64,000 nucleotides of DNA, from positions 1-64,000 of IMG/VR virus record IMGVR_UViG_2974671799_000001; one strand, 5' to 3'. Within the stretch, counting starts at the first letter, position 1. Each line of letters starts with the position of its first letter. A program made the translations under genes and the position numbers. The stretch is from a virus (Duplodnaviria; Caudoviricetes). Positions 48,416 to 60,257 of the stretch are shown piece by piece. The notes beneath the pieces were generated by a model. It worked only from the letters and a program-made list of their open reading frames with translations. It had not been told where the DNA came from and did not search any database.

Positions 48416-48637
48416 TCACAATTCATATTCTTTAAATTTACCATTTGTGTAAACTTTAACTTTTTTGAATCCCTTTGATTTTAGATATGATTTTGCCTGT
48501 CTTAATGGACTTTTAAATTCATTATTACCTTCCCAAAAAACAGGACAATCATTAGGTATTCTAAAATCTTTAGGGTATTCATATAAATAATACCTTGTGT
48601 AATTAACACTACTATCTTTTAAAATAGAACACTCCAT
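48416..48637 (-). CDS. hypothetical protein
   Basis: 73-aa ORF. Confidence 0.6.
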   Translation of the reverse strand: MECSILKDSSVNYTRYYLYEYPKDFRIPNDCPVFWEGNNEFKSPLRQAKSYLKSKGFKKVKVYTNGKFKEYEL

Positions 48638-48640
48638 ATC

Positions 48641-48910
48641 TTATGCGTGTAAATATTCATCATTATTGAAAAACCCAGTAGTACTAGTTCTATAAGTATC
48701 GAAATCCTTTTCATTAGCTAATCTATAATTTATTTTATGAATATCAATGTCGTAGAATCCAACATTCTCACACATTGTAGAACCTCTCAAAACACTTGCA
48801 CTTAATACATTAAAAATATTAGGTTTTTGTGGGAAAATATACCCTAAAGTATTTTCATTTCCTACTACTAATAATATTTTGTTATCAGGGTTTTGAATTT
48901 GATTTTTCAT
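48641..48910 (-). CDS. hypothetical protein
   Basis: 89-aa ORF after TATATTTG at 48935. Confidence 0.65.
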   Translation of the reverse strand: MKNQIQNPDNKILLVVGNENTLGYIFPQKPNIFNVLSASVLRGSTMCENVGFYDIDIHKINYRLANEKDFDTYRTSTTGFFNNDEYLHA

Positions 48911-49003
48911 GTTTATTTGTTTTTAAATATATAACAAATATAAAACTATTTTTTAGTTACACAATGAAAAAATCCAAAAACTTTAAAAGTTTTTGGATTT
49001 TTA

Positions 49004-49351
49004 TTACTTTTTATCTGAAAAATAAGGATTTTCTAAAAACCTAGGGTCTTCAAAAAGTTCATTAAACTTTTCACCTAATTCACCTCTAAATTTTAAAAGA
49101 TGTTCAATAATGGTATCAACTTTACCAACAAACTCTTTTCTTTCATCTTCTGTATCACAGAAGTTCCAAAGTCTCATAGCTACGTTACAATCTGTTATTC
49201 TCAATTGACATTTAGGACGGTCTTTTTGTTGCTTATACATCTTTGAATGAATCGCGGCAGTTGAGTTAACAGATTCGGGTGCGATAAATTCTTTAGCGTT
49301 TATAAAAGTTGCTGTTCCTAATTCTAATGTGTTGATTAAATTGTTTGACAT
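49004..49351 (-). CDS. hypothetical protein
   Basis: 115-aa ORF; hairpin at about 48967-49001 downstream. Confidence 0.7.
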   Translation of the reverse strand: MSNNLINTLELGTATFINAKEFIAPESVNSTAAIHSKMYKQQKDRPKCQLRITDCNVAMRLWNFCDTEDERKEFVGKVDTIIEHLLKFRGELGEKFNELFEDPRFLENPYFSDKK

Positions 49352-49426
49352 AATTATAAATTTTTGTTATTAAATTGATTTCTGACACAAATATAAATTG
49401 TTATTTTTTATTACGCAATAAAAATT

Positions 49427-50305
49427 TTAAATTTTTTCATAATAAACCGTACTAGTCAAACCTTGGAATAAAATAGGTCTTTTATCTTCAATACGAATAA
49501 CATTAGTTAACCAAGTCCAATCACCTGATGCTTTTAAAGGAAACCAAGCATAAAAAACACTTCTATGTATAAAATCCCTATCAATTGCTTTAGGATTTAA
49601 CTTCTTTAGTGAATCGATAATCTCTAAAATAGAAGGATAAAATAAGTTTCTATGTGGCTCAGTATTTCTAACAGAGTAAACATCTAAACTCTTATAAGAA
49701 TCTATATTATCAGCCAAATATCTAAATGATTCGTTGTACAATTCCTTTTCAAGCTCTTCATAGTTAATAAAAACATCTTTTGTGTGTTTATCTATAATAG
49801 ATTTGAAATCAAAGCCATCCATTAAACCCATACCCAAAAACAATATTTTAAAATCTTTCTTAAAATCATACTCATAAACGCGTAAGCTCAACTTATATCT
49901 TGCATCATCATTTTCAGTATCGAAACCATAATCTGAATTTATCCTTTCATTAGAATTTGGAAGTAATACTGAAATACAATAATTAACGAATTTAACAATT
50001 TCTGTATTCAATGGATTCTTATATGGTGTTGTTTCAATAACTTGTAATAGCATTCTACCACCATCAATTCTCTCACCACCATTAAGAACATGAGTTAAAA
50101 TCCATAAATCATGATAAAACTCTTCATGATTGAATGTGATGTTATTTTCTTCTTTATTAACTAATTGGACTCTATTATTTAACATTTTCTCAATGTCTTC
50201 TTTTGATGGGAATTTAAGTCCACTTTTATTTGATGGTATCACAAATTCTAATTCCCTACCATGTATTTTTAATTTCATACTAGTTGATATTATTTTAATG
50301 TTCAT
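49427..50305 (-). CDS. hypothetical protein
   Basis: 292-aa ORF; C-terminal FYAWFP.....WL motif. Confidence 0.7.
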   Translation of the reverse strand: MNIKIISTSMKLKIHGRELEFVIPSNKSGLKFPSKEDIEKMLNNRVQLVNKEENNITFNHEEFYHDLWILTHVLNGGERIDGGRMLLQVIETTPYKNPLNTEIVKFVNYCISVLLPNSNERINSDYGFDTENDDARYKLSLRVYEYDFKKDFKILFLGMGLMDGFDFKSIIDKHTKDVFINYEELEKELYNESFRYLADNIDSYKSLDVYSVRNTEPHRNLFYPSILEIIDSLKKLNPKAIDRDFIHRSVFYAWFPLKASGDWTWLTNVIRIEDKRPILFQGLTSTVYYEKI

Positions 50306-50307
50306 GA

Positions 50308-50658
50308 TTAATTATAAATTAAATAACAAAAGTAAATGAAAGTACCCGATGTTAGTTTATCAACATCCTCTTCACTATCATAACCTTTTGAAATCAACGA
50401 TTTCTTAAACGTTTCTAAATTAGCAGTATCGCTTTTTGTGAATGAAAACTTTTCTGATATAATAAATGCCTCCATTCTTTTTTTAGCACTATTAACACAC
50501 TTCAAATACTTAACTGTTTGTGTTTCAGCACATGATTGACAAACTGGTGAGTTTGTTGGTTCATGCCAATATTGTGTTTCTTTAGAGCATAAAGTACAAC
50601 GTTCATTAACCCCGAAGTTTTCAAATAATTCAGGGTCTTCTTTAACTACCTTAATCAT
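50308..50658 (-). CDS. zinc-finger hypothetical protein
   Basis: CTLC...CQSC. Confidence 0.65.
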   Translation of the reverse strand: MIKVVKEDPELFENFGVNERCTLCSKETQYWHEPTNSPVCQSCAETQTVKYLKCVNSAKKRMEAFIISEKFSFTKSDTANLETFKKSLISKGYDSEEDVDKLTSGTFIYFCYLIYN

Positions 50659-50878
50659 CTTTTGGCTTCTTTTTATATAACCTTACAAGTCTATCATAGT
50701 AAGCCTCATCAACCTCTAAAATCTCGCCTTTATATTCAACCCAAAACTTGAAACCATTATGTGTTCTCCAAAATTTACGACCGTCTTTTAACTCACGTTC
50801 GTTAATTCGTCTTTCACTAACAGGTGTTTCAACATTAACTTCTTCCTCTTTATTAATAAATTTAAAAAATACTCCCAT
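50651..50878 (-). CDS. hypothetical protein
   Basis: 75-aa ORF. Confidence 0.6.
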   Translation of the reverse strand: MGVFFKFINKEEEVNVETPVSERRINERELKDGRKFWRTHNGFKFWVEYKGEILEVDEAYYDRLVRLYKKKPKDD

Positions 50879-50914
50879 AATTTATAATTTTTTGTTTCAC
50901 CAAATATAGTGAAA

Positions 50915-51505
50915 TTATTTTAATTTATCCAATTCTTCTAAGAATTTTTTACTACCACCAACAAATGTTTGTAGTTCTGAAATTCTTTTATTGGTATTTT
51001 CTATAGACTTAATAATTCTTTTCTTCTCAGATTCCAAATAACGCTCTAAAACGTCTTGCTCATCATACCCAACAGTCATAGATGAATGCGAAGACCATGA
51101 AGCAAATTCGTTTAATAAGAATGTATATAAATGTTGAGAATCAGGTCTATAAGTGTCTCTAAATGTTTTGATAGTTCTATCTACTTGCTTTGTGTAACAA
51201 AAGTAAACATCTTTAGTAATAAGAGCTTTAAGAATTGAAATATCGAAAGCTTTTTCATCATATCTTTCGCCAATTTCTAAAGGAATCCCACTTTCAGGAA
51301 TTTTCTCATCATCGAATAAAATGTGAAATTCTAAAACCAAACCATCAAATTTTAAATCCTTCCTGAACTGATAAGGTATCGAATAACTACAAGTTTGAAA
51401 AACCCTTTTAGAAACCTTTTTAGCAGATTTCTTTTTGATTATGTTTACTAGCTTGTTCATCGAATCCGCTTTTGCTCTTGGTATTTGTGTATAAAATATT
51501 TTCAT
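50915..51505 (-). CDS. hypothetical protein
   Basis: 196-aa ORF. Confidence 0.7.
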   Translation of the reverse strand: MKIFYTQIPRAKADSMNKLVNIIKKKSAKKVSKRVFQTCSYSIPYQFRKDLKFDGLVLEFHILFDDEKIPESGIPLEIGERYDEKAFDISILKALITKDVYFCYTKQVDRTIKTFRDTYRPDSQHLYTFLLNEFASWSSHSSMTVGYDEQDVLERYLESEKKRIIKSIENTNKRISELQTFVGGSKKFLEELDKLK

Positions 51506-51506
51506 A

Positions 51507-52076
51507 TTAATATTTTTTTAAATGTTGAAGTTGTAAATAATTAACATTCATTACTTTACAATATTTCTTTAAATAGTATTCCATATCATAATCGTTATCT
51601 TCAATTAAATCGAAACTCTTAATCATTTCAGCATCATCGCCTTTTCTATATACTCTTAAAAAGTAAATACTTCCATCAATGTGATTTAAATCATGTTTCC
51701 TTGAACATATCGAAAGTAAAAGATTATTAATTGGGTCATAGAATGTTGTATATGAATATCTATCAACCAAAGATGTATCTATCCTGAAAACTGGTTGTTT
51801 CCAAAATATATAATCATACCATGTTTTCCAGTAGTAATTATATCCATCTTCTAAACCCCTAGCATAACCACTTATTAAAAATTCTTTAAAAACGAAATTT
51901 GAATTTTGTGGAAACTCTCCATCATTAATAATTAATTTATAAGCTTTCTTTGGATTTAAGTACCACAATGTTAAAATAGTAAATGTGATAACCCATAAAA
52001 TACTAATACTTAAAAGTACAAACATCGACTTTAGGAAAAATAAAGCTTTAATAATTGGTAAAATAATATATCTCAT
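51507..52076 (-). CDS. membrane-anchored protein, probable paralog of the next gene
   Basis: N-terminal TM ending WY, Y.Y.WK motif. Confidence 0.65.
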   Translation of the reverse strand: MRYIILPIIKALFFLKSMFVLLSISILWVITFTILTLWYLNPKKAYKLIINDGEFPQNSNFVFKEFLISGYARGLEDGYNYYWKTWYDYIFWKQPVFRIDTSLVDRYSYTTFYDPINNLLLSICSRKHDLNHIDGSIYFLRVYRKGDDAEMIKSFDLIEDNDYDMEYYLKKYCKVMNVNYLQLQHLKKY

Positions 52077-52077
52077 T

Positions 52078-52671
52078 TTAGTTAGTTTTAATATGTTTTG
52101 ATTTAATTTTTATAATACGTTTAATCGACTCTTCCCACCATTGACCATAAAGGTCTTTACAAAAAAGTTCAATATAATACTTTGAAGGATTTATTCTACA
52201 TTCATCATTATCATGTGTGGTTATCAAACCTTTTTTAAATTCATAACTAACAGGAACATAAACCTGCATTGATTTACTAAATCCAGTATCTGATTTATAT
52301 GGTAAATTATCAAAAACACTTATGAAATAATTTGACTTATAATCGTAGTATAAATAATTTTCTTTCAATAAGTGATTTTCTATAATATAATCATGCCTTA
52401 ATCCCAAATAATATCTAAGGTTATTTTTCCAAATATAGGTATAATCATCATTATAATTCTTTATACTAGAGATATATGAATTAGTAAAGTTTCTCAAATA
52501 TGGTGGAGATAAAAATACATCTTCGAAAAAAATTCGTCCTCTTCCTAAATCAAAATACCAAATCATTATTAAAATAGAAGATAAGCCGAAAATAAATAAC
52601 GAAAGTAGTGCAATTAATAAGTTTACTGCTTTGGTTAAATTGTAGTAAATGAATAAAAATAAGTATTTCAT
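52078..52671 (-). CDS. membrane-anchored protein, probable paralog of the previous gene
   Basis: N-terminal TM ending WY, Y.Y.WK motif. Confidence 0.65.
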   Translation of the reverse strand: MKYLFLFIYYNLTKAVNLLIALLSLFIFGLSSILIMIWYFDLGRGRIFFEDVFLSPPYLRNFTNSYISSIKNYNDDYTYIWKNNLRYYLGLRHDYIIENHLLKENYLYYDYKSNYFISVFDNLPYKSDTGFSKSMQVYVPVSYEFKKGLITTHDNDECRINPSKYYIELFCKDLYGQWWEESIKRIIKIKSKHIKTN

Positions 52672-52675
52672 AGTT

Positions 52676-52974
52676 TTATATGTTAAAGATTATATACAAG
52701 ACCAACAATAGGAACAAAAATAAATATTTACCAATATAAATTATTCCAACTAAAGCCAAAATCAAACCAATCCATGTATTTGATAGCTTAACTAATAAGT
52801 TTTTAATTAATTTAATTATCGTAAAAATATCATAAAAATTAATGCAAAAATACAAACAACAACGAATATAAACTTGAATAATTTATCAAGTAACCATTTA
52901 AATAAATATACGAAACCTATAAGTGATATAGCTAGTATAAAAAATTTAGCAATATAATTAAAAATTTTTTTCAT
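52676..52974 (-). pseudogene. hydrophobic ORF apparently split by a 1-nt deletion in a T5 run
   Basis: MKKIFNY...ALIF stops early; adding one T restores a frame (YDIFTIIK...YIIFNI*) that ends just before the next gene. Confidence 0.45.
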
Positions 52975-52999
52975 TTTTGTTTATATTTAATTTATGAAG

Positions 53000-53044
53000 C
53001 AAATCTACAAACAAAAAATGGATTTCCAAAGGAAAATCCATTTT
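53000..53044 (-). promoter_or_regulatory. promoter overlapping a terminator hairpin
   Basis: TTTG(53027-53030)-N19-TAGATTTG; AAAATGGATTT/AAATCCATTTT stem. Confidence 0.75.
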
Positions 53045-53048
53045 ATTT

Positions 53049-53351
53049 TTATTTACGACACTTATCATGCCACTTTTTCAATTTTTCATACTGTATTTGA
53101 TTCAACTCGTCTGCCGTTATGTCAGGTTTGTTTAACAAAATTATGTCTAAAAGACAGTTTATTGCATCAATAGCCTCACCAACCACGCCATCTTTACCCG
53201 CTTCTTTATAACTCATACCTAAATCAATAGCTATTTCTGTTGAAAGTTCACCAACTTCCTCATTAAGTTTTAAAGCAACTCCTGCTATATGTCGGTCTTT
53301 AATATCATTACTAAATGATTTAAAGTTTTCTAAAATATCACCTATCATCAT
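53049..53351 (-). CDS. mazG: MazG-like NTP pyrophosphohydrolase
   Basis: KLNEEVGEL...GEAID. Confidence 0.8.
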   Translation of the reverse strand: MMIGDILENFKSFSNDIKDRHIAGVALKLNEEVGELSTEIAIDLGMSYKEAGKDGVVGEAIDAINCLLDIILLNKPDITADELNQIQYEKLKKWHDKCRK

Positions 53352-53352
53352 A

Positions 53353-53901
53353 TTAATTTGATTTTATATTTAGTGTTAAAAACCTAAGATATGCTATTGA
53401 CCAAAGTGGGTCAACAACCTCTGTTAAAGCGTTAATATCAAATGTACTAACCCAACGATTTGATGAAATGTTTTCGTTCATATCATTTTCATTATCGGGT
53501 TTAGGTTTTGTTTGAATAGCATTTGTACAATCTACAGCAAATAAGTGATAAATAGTATCTGTGCTTTTTGTACCATAACAAGTTCCTAATGGTGAAATAT
53601 CTGAGTATTTTATTAAATAACCAGTCTCTTCCATCATTTCCTGTTTTACTGTCTCTTTCGGATGTTGACCTTTTTCAACACCACCAGTAACTGATGAAGG
53701 ATTTTTGCCCATATTCCAACATGGTGTATATTCGTCACGTATCATGACTTCCAATTCACCATCCACAAATCTAAAAGGTATAATTGCAACAATATTACCA
53801 TCACATCTAACCTCGCGCGTGTATGTGTACTTTCCTGTAGGAAACTCTTCTTCAATAAGCTCTATCCATTTGTTAGAGCCTAAAATTGTCTTTTTATTCA
53901 T
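53353..53901 (-). CDS. NUDIX hydrolase
   Basis: GGVEKGQHPKETVKQEMMEETG Nudix box. Confidence 0.85.
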   Translation of the reverse strand: MNKKTILGSNKWIELIEEEFPTGKYTYTREVRCDGNIVAIIPFRFVDGELEVMIRDEYTPCWNMGKNPSSVTGGVEKGQHPKETVKQEMMEETGYLIKYSDISPLGTCYGTKSTDTIYHLFAVDCTNAIQTKPKPDNENDMNENISSNRWVSTFDINALTEVVDPLWSIAYLRFLTLNIKSN

Positions 53902-53902
53902 T

Positions 53903-54190
53903 TTAATAAGTTGTTGATGTTACCCAACTTTGTCTAGGATGATTCGACATCCTAGATTCATCTTTTTCGGTAACGGTTAATACTTCTTTTTCTACGGTCA
54001 TTATTTTTTCATCAACAATAATATTATCAATACTATGCCTTGAACATACTTTATAATTCTGATATAATTCTAATACCTCACTAAATACAAATTGTGGAAT
54101 TTCACCTGCCACTAGTGTTATTGTTTTAGAATGATTATCAATCTGAATTATATAGTCTTTGGTTTTAATTAATGATTTTATTTCTTTCAT
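53903..54190 (-). CDS. hypothetical protein
   Basis: 95-aa ORF. Confidence 0.6.
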   Translation of the reverse strand: MKEIKSLIKTKDYIIQIDNHSKTITLVAGEIPQFVFSEVLELYQNYKVCSRHSIDNIIVDEKIMTVEKEVLTVTEKDESRMSNHPRQSWVTSTTY

Positions 54191-54204
54191 AATATCTATA
54201 TTTT

Positions 54205-54927
54205 TTAACCAAAAATTAAGAAACCAGTCAAAACAGTAATAACAACACCCATTAAGAATATAATACCTCTTTTACGTTGGTTTGATTTAACAGAATCTTT
54301 AATAATATTTTCCTTAATCACAATAGATGTTTTGTGAGATTCTTTATGTTCTTTCAACTCTTTTTCCAACTCATAGTTTCTATTACGCAAATAACCTAGT
54401 TCAGAATCAACATCACCTTTCAATGATATAACACCATTTGAATGTAAATTACCATTTTCAAAAATAAAACCTAATAATTTTATTTTCAAAAATATATCCA
54501 CTAAAAACCTTTCATCTTCGTTTGTCGCAGTATAAAATCCGTGATGTCTTTGTATAAATTCTACAAATCTACTATAGTTTTCTGTTTTATAAACTTTTGA
54601 AAATTGTAATATTTTATCAAACTTATAAAAAGATAAATTAGAATCATCAAGACATAATACGTTATAACCACCTTTCAATAATTCAAACTCATCAAGTTTA
54701 TTGAAAAGTTCGTTATTTTTCAAGTCGTCTAACATTTCTTTTCTTAGTTCTAATGACATTTCAGCATTTAACATTTCATTCCTAAGACTATCAATAGATT
54801 TTGCTAATTTATACTTCTCACAAATATTTTCTATTTCATCAACCTTCTGCATTTTCTCATATGCATCTTTTAGAATTTCGTATTCTTTATTAGGTACAAT
54901 CCTATCGTGTTTAATTATCAAATCCAT
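54205..54927 (-). CDS. coiled-coil protein with C-terminal TM
   Basis: Start MDLIIK overlaps the upstream stop (TAATG); tail anchor. Confidence 0.7.
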   Translation of the reverse strand: MDLIIKHDRIVPNKEYEILKDAYEKMQKVDEIENICEKYKLAKSIDSLRNEMLNAEMSLELRKEMLDDLKNNELFNKLDEFELLKGGYNVLCLDDSNLSFYKFDKILQFSKVYKTENYSRFVEFIQRHHGFYTATNEDERFLVDIFLKIKLLGFIFENGNLHSNGVISLKGDVDSELGYLRNRNYELEKELKEHKESHKTSIVIKENIIKDSVKSNQRKRGIIFLMGVVITVLTGFLIFG

Positions 54928-55691
54928 TACATAAAAATATTTAAAGCGATTGAACCAATTGTAATACCTAATCCTAAGTAAAACATCCATCTATTAGCAT
55001 AGTATTTACCATAGTATTTTTGAAGCTCTTTTTGACTATCTTCATAATTTGATGTAATACCTTTAATACTATCTTCTAAAGTTTTATTTGTATTTTTAGT
55101 ATCAACACTATTATAAATTATTGTATAAATAGCTGATTCTAAATCAATTCTATCAGATTTTGTTAATCCTGACAAATCGAATGATTTCATTAGTGATTTG
55201 AACGCATCACAAACATAAGAAGTCTCATCTTCAATACTATTACCGAAGTATGGGTTATTTTTATTTTTAACACCCATATCATATATTTTTACATTATCAC
55301 CTAAAAACATACTTAAAAACTTAGTCAAACCTTTAATATTAAACTCAGATTCATCAGGCATATTTTCAAAATAACCATTGAATGTTTTATACAAATTAAC
55401 CGATAATACATTACCTTTTTGAATCTCTTTTTTCAAAAAATCAAAATGTTCTTTAGTAAGATTCTTAACTTGCTCCAATTCTTCTTCTGCAACAATTTTA
55501 TCATGTTCCAATGCTGTGATTTCACATTGAATTTCATGAGAATAAGCCATCGAATTTATAATTGGTTGTGAATAATTTTCACATAAATTATTTTTTAAAA
55601 CCGTCTCACAGTTTAAAAGTTGTTGTAATCGGTCACCTTTTACAATAACCGATTCAACATTGTTTTCATTAGTAATATCTAATCTCTTCAT
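54927..55691 (-). CDS. coiled-coil protein with C-terminal TM
   Basis: Same architecture as the downstream neighbour. Confidence 0.7.
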   Translation of the reverse strand: MKRLDITNENNVESVIVKGDRLQQLLNCETVLKNNLCENYSQPIINSMAYSHEIQCEITALEHDKIVAEEELEQVKNLTKEHFDFLKKEIQKGNVLSVNLYKTFNGYFENMPDESEFNIKGLTKFLSMFLGDNVKIYDMGVKNKNNPYFGNSIEDETSYVCDAFKSLMKSFDLSGLTKSDRIDLESAIYTIIYNSVDTKNTNKTLEDSIKGITSNYEDSQKELQKYYGKYYANRWMFYLGLGITIGSIALNIFM

Positions 55692-55692
55692 A

Positions 55693-56709
55693 TTATTGTT
55701 GTTTTTGTTTCTTAACTAAGAACTGAACCTCGGAACACATAGCCATTAAACTAGTTAATTGGTCGGGTTTATTCAAAGATTCGTTTTTATACTTATGAGC
55801 CATTACATACAAATACTCTAAAATATTCGTGTTAATATTATTCTCATACATCCATGTAATCATTTTATCACCCATAGCAATAATTAGGTTATAATATTGA
55901 TTAGGGAAATTCTCTAAAATATACTTCTTAATTGTTGTTATAGATGTAGGTTTAGTAAATAACTTAAAATAATCAACAAAATCAGCAGACATTTCACGTA
56001 AAATAAGTTCCTTTGTAATCGTTCTTTCACCCTTCTCATAACACGTTTGTAAAGCCTCAATAATATCTCTAACATCAGAATATGATGATAATAAAGACAT
56101 AACAGCATCCTTCTCTATTGTTAAACCTTCCTCATTACAAATAAACATAATTCTTTTAGCTTTTTGCATAAGAACTTCTCTAGCTCTATCACCACGAAAG
56201 TTGAAATCAATCTTACAACCAAATCTTGATAAAATTGCTTTATTTAAGTTTTCATAGTAGTTACAAGTAGCAATGTAACGAACATTATTTGAATCCTTTT
56301 CCATTACACCACGGAAAGCTAAGTTGGCATCGTTGGTGAAATTATCAATCTCATCAATCATCATTAGCTTAACTTTTGATGATGATGAACTTACATTACC
56401 AAAAGGTTCGATAATATTTCTAACAGTATCTATACCATTTTGTGATGAACCATTTATTAATTTATTGTTGGGGAACAATTTACCCAAAATAAACATAACT
56501 GTTGTTTTACCTAATCCAGTATCACCATACATTAAAATGTTTCTTGTAACACCATTATCAATAAAATACTGAATCTGTGTCCTAACATCGTTTGGTAACG
56601 CAACATCATCAAGATTTTTAGGTCTATACTTTTCAACCCATAGTGATTTTTTACGTGTTTTTTGTTGCTCCTTAGATAAAGGATTCTTTTCTTTACGTAC
56701 TATACTCAT
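55693..56709 (-). CDS. sliding-clamp loader AAA+ subunit (T4 gp44/RFC small subunit-like)
   Basis: LWVEKYRP, GDTGLGKTT, GIDTVR, IDEID, TCNY, ILSR. Confidence 0.92.
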   Translation of the reverse strand: MSIVRKEKNPLSKEQQKTRKKSLWVEKYRPKNLDDVALPNDVRTQIQYFIDNGVTRNILMYGDTGLGKTTVMFILGKLFPNNKLINGSSQNGIDTVRNIIEPFGNVSSSSSKVKLMMIDEIDNFTNDANLAFRGVMEKDSNNVRYIATCNYYENLNKAILSRFGCKIDFNFRGDRAREVLMQKAKRIMFICNEEGLTIEKDAVMSLLSSYSDVRDIIEALQTCYEKGERTITKELILREMSADFVDYFKLFTKPTSITTIKKYILENFPNQYYNLIIAMGDKMITWMYENNINTNILEYLYVMAHKYKNESLNKPDQLTSLMAMCSEVQFLVKKQKQQ

Positions 56710-56730
56710 AAATATATTTTTGTTTTAGTT

Positions 56731-58197
<1,467 letters not shown>

Positions 58198-58212
58198 TAA
58201 AAAATATGTTTT

Positions 58213-59859
58213 TTATTTTAATTCTACAAATCCTTGCTTTCCAAGGGTGTTTATTTTTACTAATTCTACACCTTCTAAATCGAAATCCTTCCCAACACCA
58301 TAAATTGATGGTATATTCAAAGACTTTGAAAGTGCTAATATGTGCGAAAATACAACATTTTCTCTTACTATCAAAATTTCTTTGTCGATTAATTCCTTAG
58401 ATTCACATTCAGAGTCTATTACAAGAACCTTTTCGGGTATAGCCATGTTACTACCTCTACAATGAGAAGTACCTAAAATTGCATCACTAGGCACTTTTAC
58501 ATCCTTAATTGATTGCGTACTCGTAACTCTCAATTGTAAAATATGAATATTAAAACCATCAAAACAAAACTCAATTTGTACATCAGATTCAAAATCCTTA
58601 GATAATTCCATAATCAACCTCTCAATATAATCAGAAACCAACTTGGAAACCTTTATTTCACTAACTTTACCACCAACAATATCATCACGCTTGTCTGATA
58701 TCGCAATATCAAATTTACCATCATAAACATTAGCAACACCAATATAACCTTCAACCTCTCTTTGATAAAAATAATGAAATTCATTTTGTGGTCGCAAATC
58801 TTTATACTTTTCATATTCAGATTCCATAGTTTTTATAGTTTCTTCACATTTTTCAGTAGAAATACCAAAGTATGAAGTTAAAATACCACCCATAGACTTA
58901 TTTGGAGACGTTCTAAGAGCATATTTACCATCTAAAGGTGTCTTACTATACTCAGGAATAGAAACGTCCTTAAAACGGCTTAAAAATGCTAATGAGCCAA
59001 ATTTAGCACCACACTTCTCTTCTTCGATAACATAATCCAATAAAGCCTTTGATGTTGTCCTTCCACAAGCGTAAAATTCATTAAAATGATTTCTCATGTG
59101 ATATAACATCTTTAGTTGCTCTTCTGTTGGTTTATGTTTCTTTTTATCCATCATCCAGTTTCTCTCCAATACATTTCCCAAATAGTTGCATTTAACTTGA
59201 CCACTTGAAATATGTAAAACCTTTCGTTCATTAGAATCGAACCAACTATCCGTACTACTCAAACCAGTTGCGTGTAAAAGTGGGTATAAATCAACATGAC
59301 CTTCAAATCCACATTCAATAAATAAACCACATTGAGTTATTACACCGTTTCTTAATTTTTGCTCTTGTGTTAACGGATATTCATTAACATTATCCATCGA
59401 ATACACACCAAAATTATTATCTATGAAAATAGAATCACGGAATATTGTTCCTAATGTCTCAGCTTTAAAAACTTTTTTCAATGCAGTAACATCCCTATCA
59501 TCGAAATCATTATCTAAAACATATTCAATTTGATATGTCTCATAGGAAACTCTATAATCTCTATTTAAACGACTTAATAAAGTTCTCCAACCAGTATAAA
59601 GCATTTCGTTTGCTGTCTCTAATTCAGATATATCATGTTGAGGTGTTATATAAATACCTTCTTCGGTTCTTGTATCACCTGCTAAAATAAAAGCCTTTCT
59701 AAAGAAGCCCAAAATATAAACCATATGTTTTTCATCATTGATATCCAAACCACCCGATAAAATAATTTCCAATGCTATGTGAAATTCTCCTGATGATATA
59801 TTATCTTGAATCTGTCTTGTTAAATCTTCACCTAATGCGTAAAATGATAAACTTGCCAT
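58213..59859 (-). CDS. PEP-utiliser/PPDK-like kinase (ATP-grasp plus phosphohistidine domain)
   Basis: GAK..SL, LRTS, G..TS, YQREV, IEF, ILQLR, then SH...LSKSLNIP mobile-domain motif. Confidence 0.7.
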   Translation of the reverse strand: MASLSFYALGEDLTRQIQDNISSGEFHIALEIILSGGLDINDEKHMVYILGFFRKAFILAGDTRTEEGIYITPQHDISELETANEMLYTGWRTLLSRLNRDYRVSYETYQIEYVLDNDFDDRDVTALKKVFKAETLGTIFRDSIFIDNNFGVYSMDNVNEYPLTQEQKLRNGVITQCGLFIECGFEGHVDLYPLLHATGLSSTDSWFDSNERKVLHISSGQVKCNYLGNVLERNWMMDKKKHKPTEEQLKMLYHMRNHFNEFYACGRTTSKALLDYVIEEEKCGAKFGSLAFLSRFKDVSIPEYSKTPLDGKYALRTSPNKSMGGILTSYFGISTEKCEETIKTMESEYEKYKDLRPQNEFHYFYQREVEGYIGVANVYDGKFDIAISDKRDDIVGGKVSEIKVSKLVSDYIERLIMELSKDFESDVQIEFCFDGFNIHILQLRVTSTQSIKDVKVPSDAILGTSHCRGSNMAIPEKVLVIDSECESKELIDKEILIVRENVVFSHILALSKSLNIPSIYGVGKDFDLEGVELVKINTLGKQGFVELK

Positions 59860-59861
59860 AA

Positions 59862-60257
59862 TTAAATAAATGTTGCTAATGATAAATCTTTGTTAATACT
59901 AGTACCACAGTTTGTTGCCTTGTTTATTTTAAAAACCTTACCAATACAACCATTTTTAAAATTAATCAAATCTTTGTCATTTTGACCATTGAACTGTTTT
60001 AATTTATTAATCTCACCAAATGGTGTATCAATGAAGTGTGGAAACCAAATATTAATAACTTCCAAACTCAAAAAGTTTTTTGATTCATGTATAACTCTAC
60101 AAGTTCGACCAAATCCAGTAATTCTACTTGGTTTTAGTAAAACCAATTCACCAACTTTTATTTCCGATGAATTTATTTTAAAAATTCTAGTTGCGTCAAT
60201 TGATACAACTTCACCAATCGGAAACGCTTCTTTTAAATTTTGTTGAATAGTATTCAT
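59862..60257 (-). CDS. hypothetical protein
   Basis: Start MNTIQQ after TACATTTG at 60295. Confidence 0.65.
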   Translation of the reverse strand: MNTIQQNLKEAFPIGEVVSIDATRIFKINSSEIKVGELVLLKPSRITGFGRTCRVIHESKNFLSLEVINIWFPHFIDTPFGEINKLKQFNGQNDKDLINFKNGCIGKVFKINKATNCGTSINKDLSLATFI

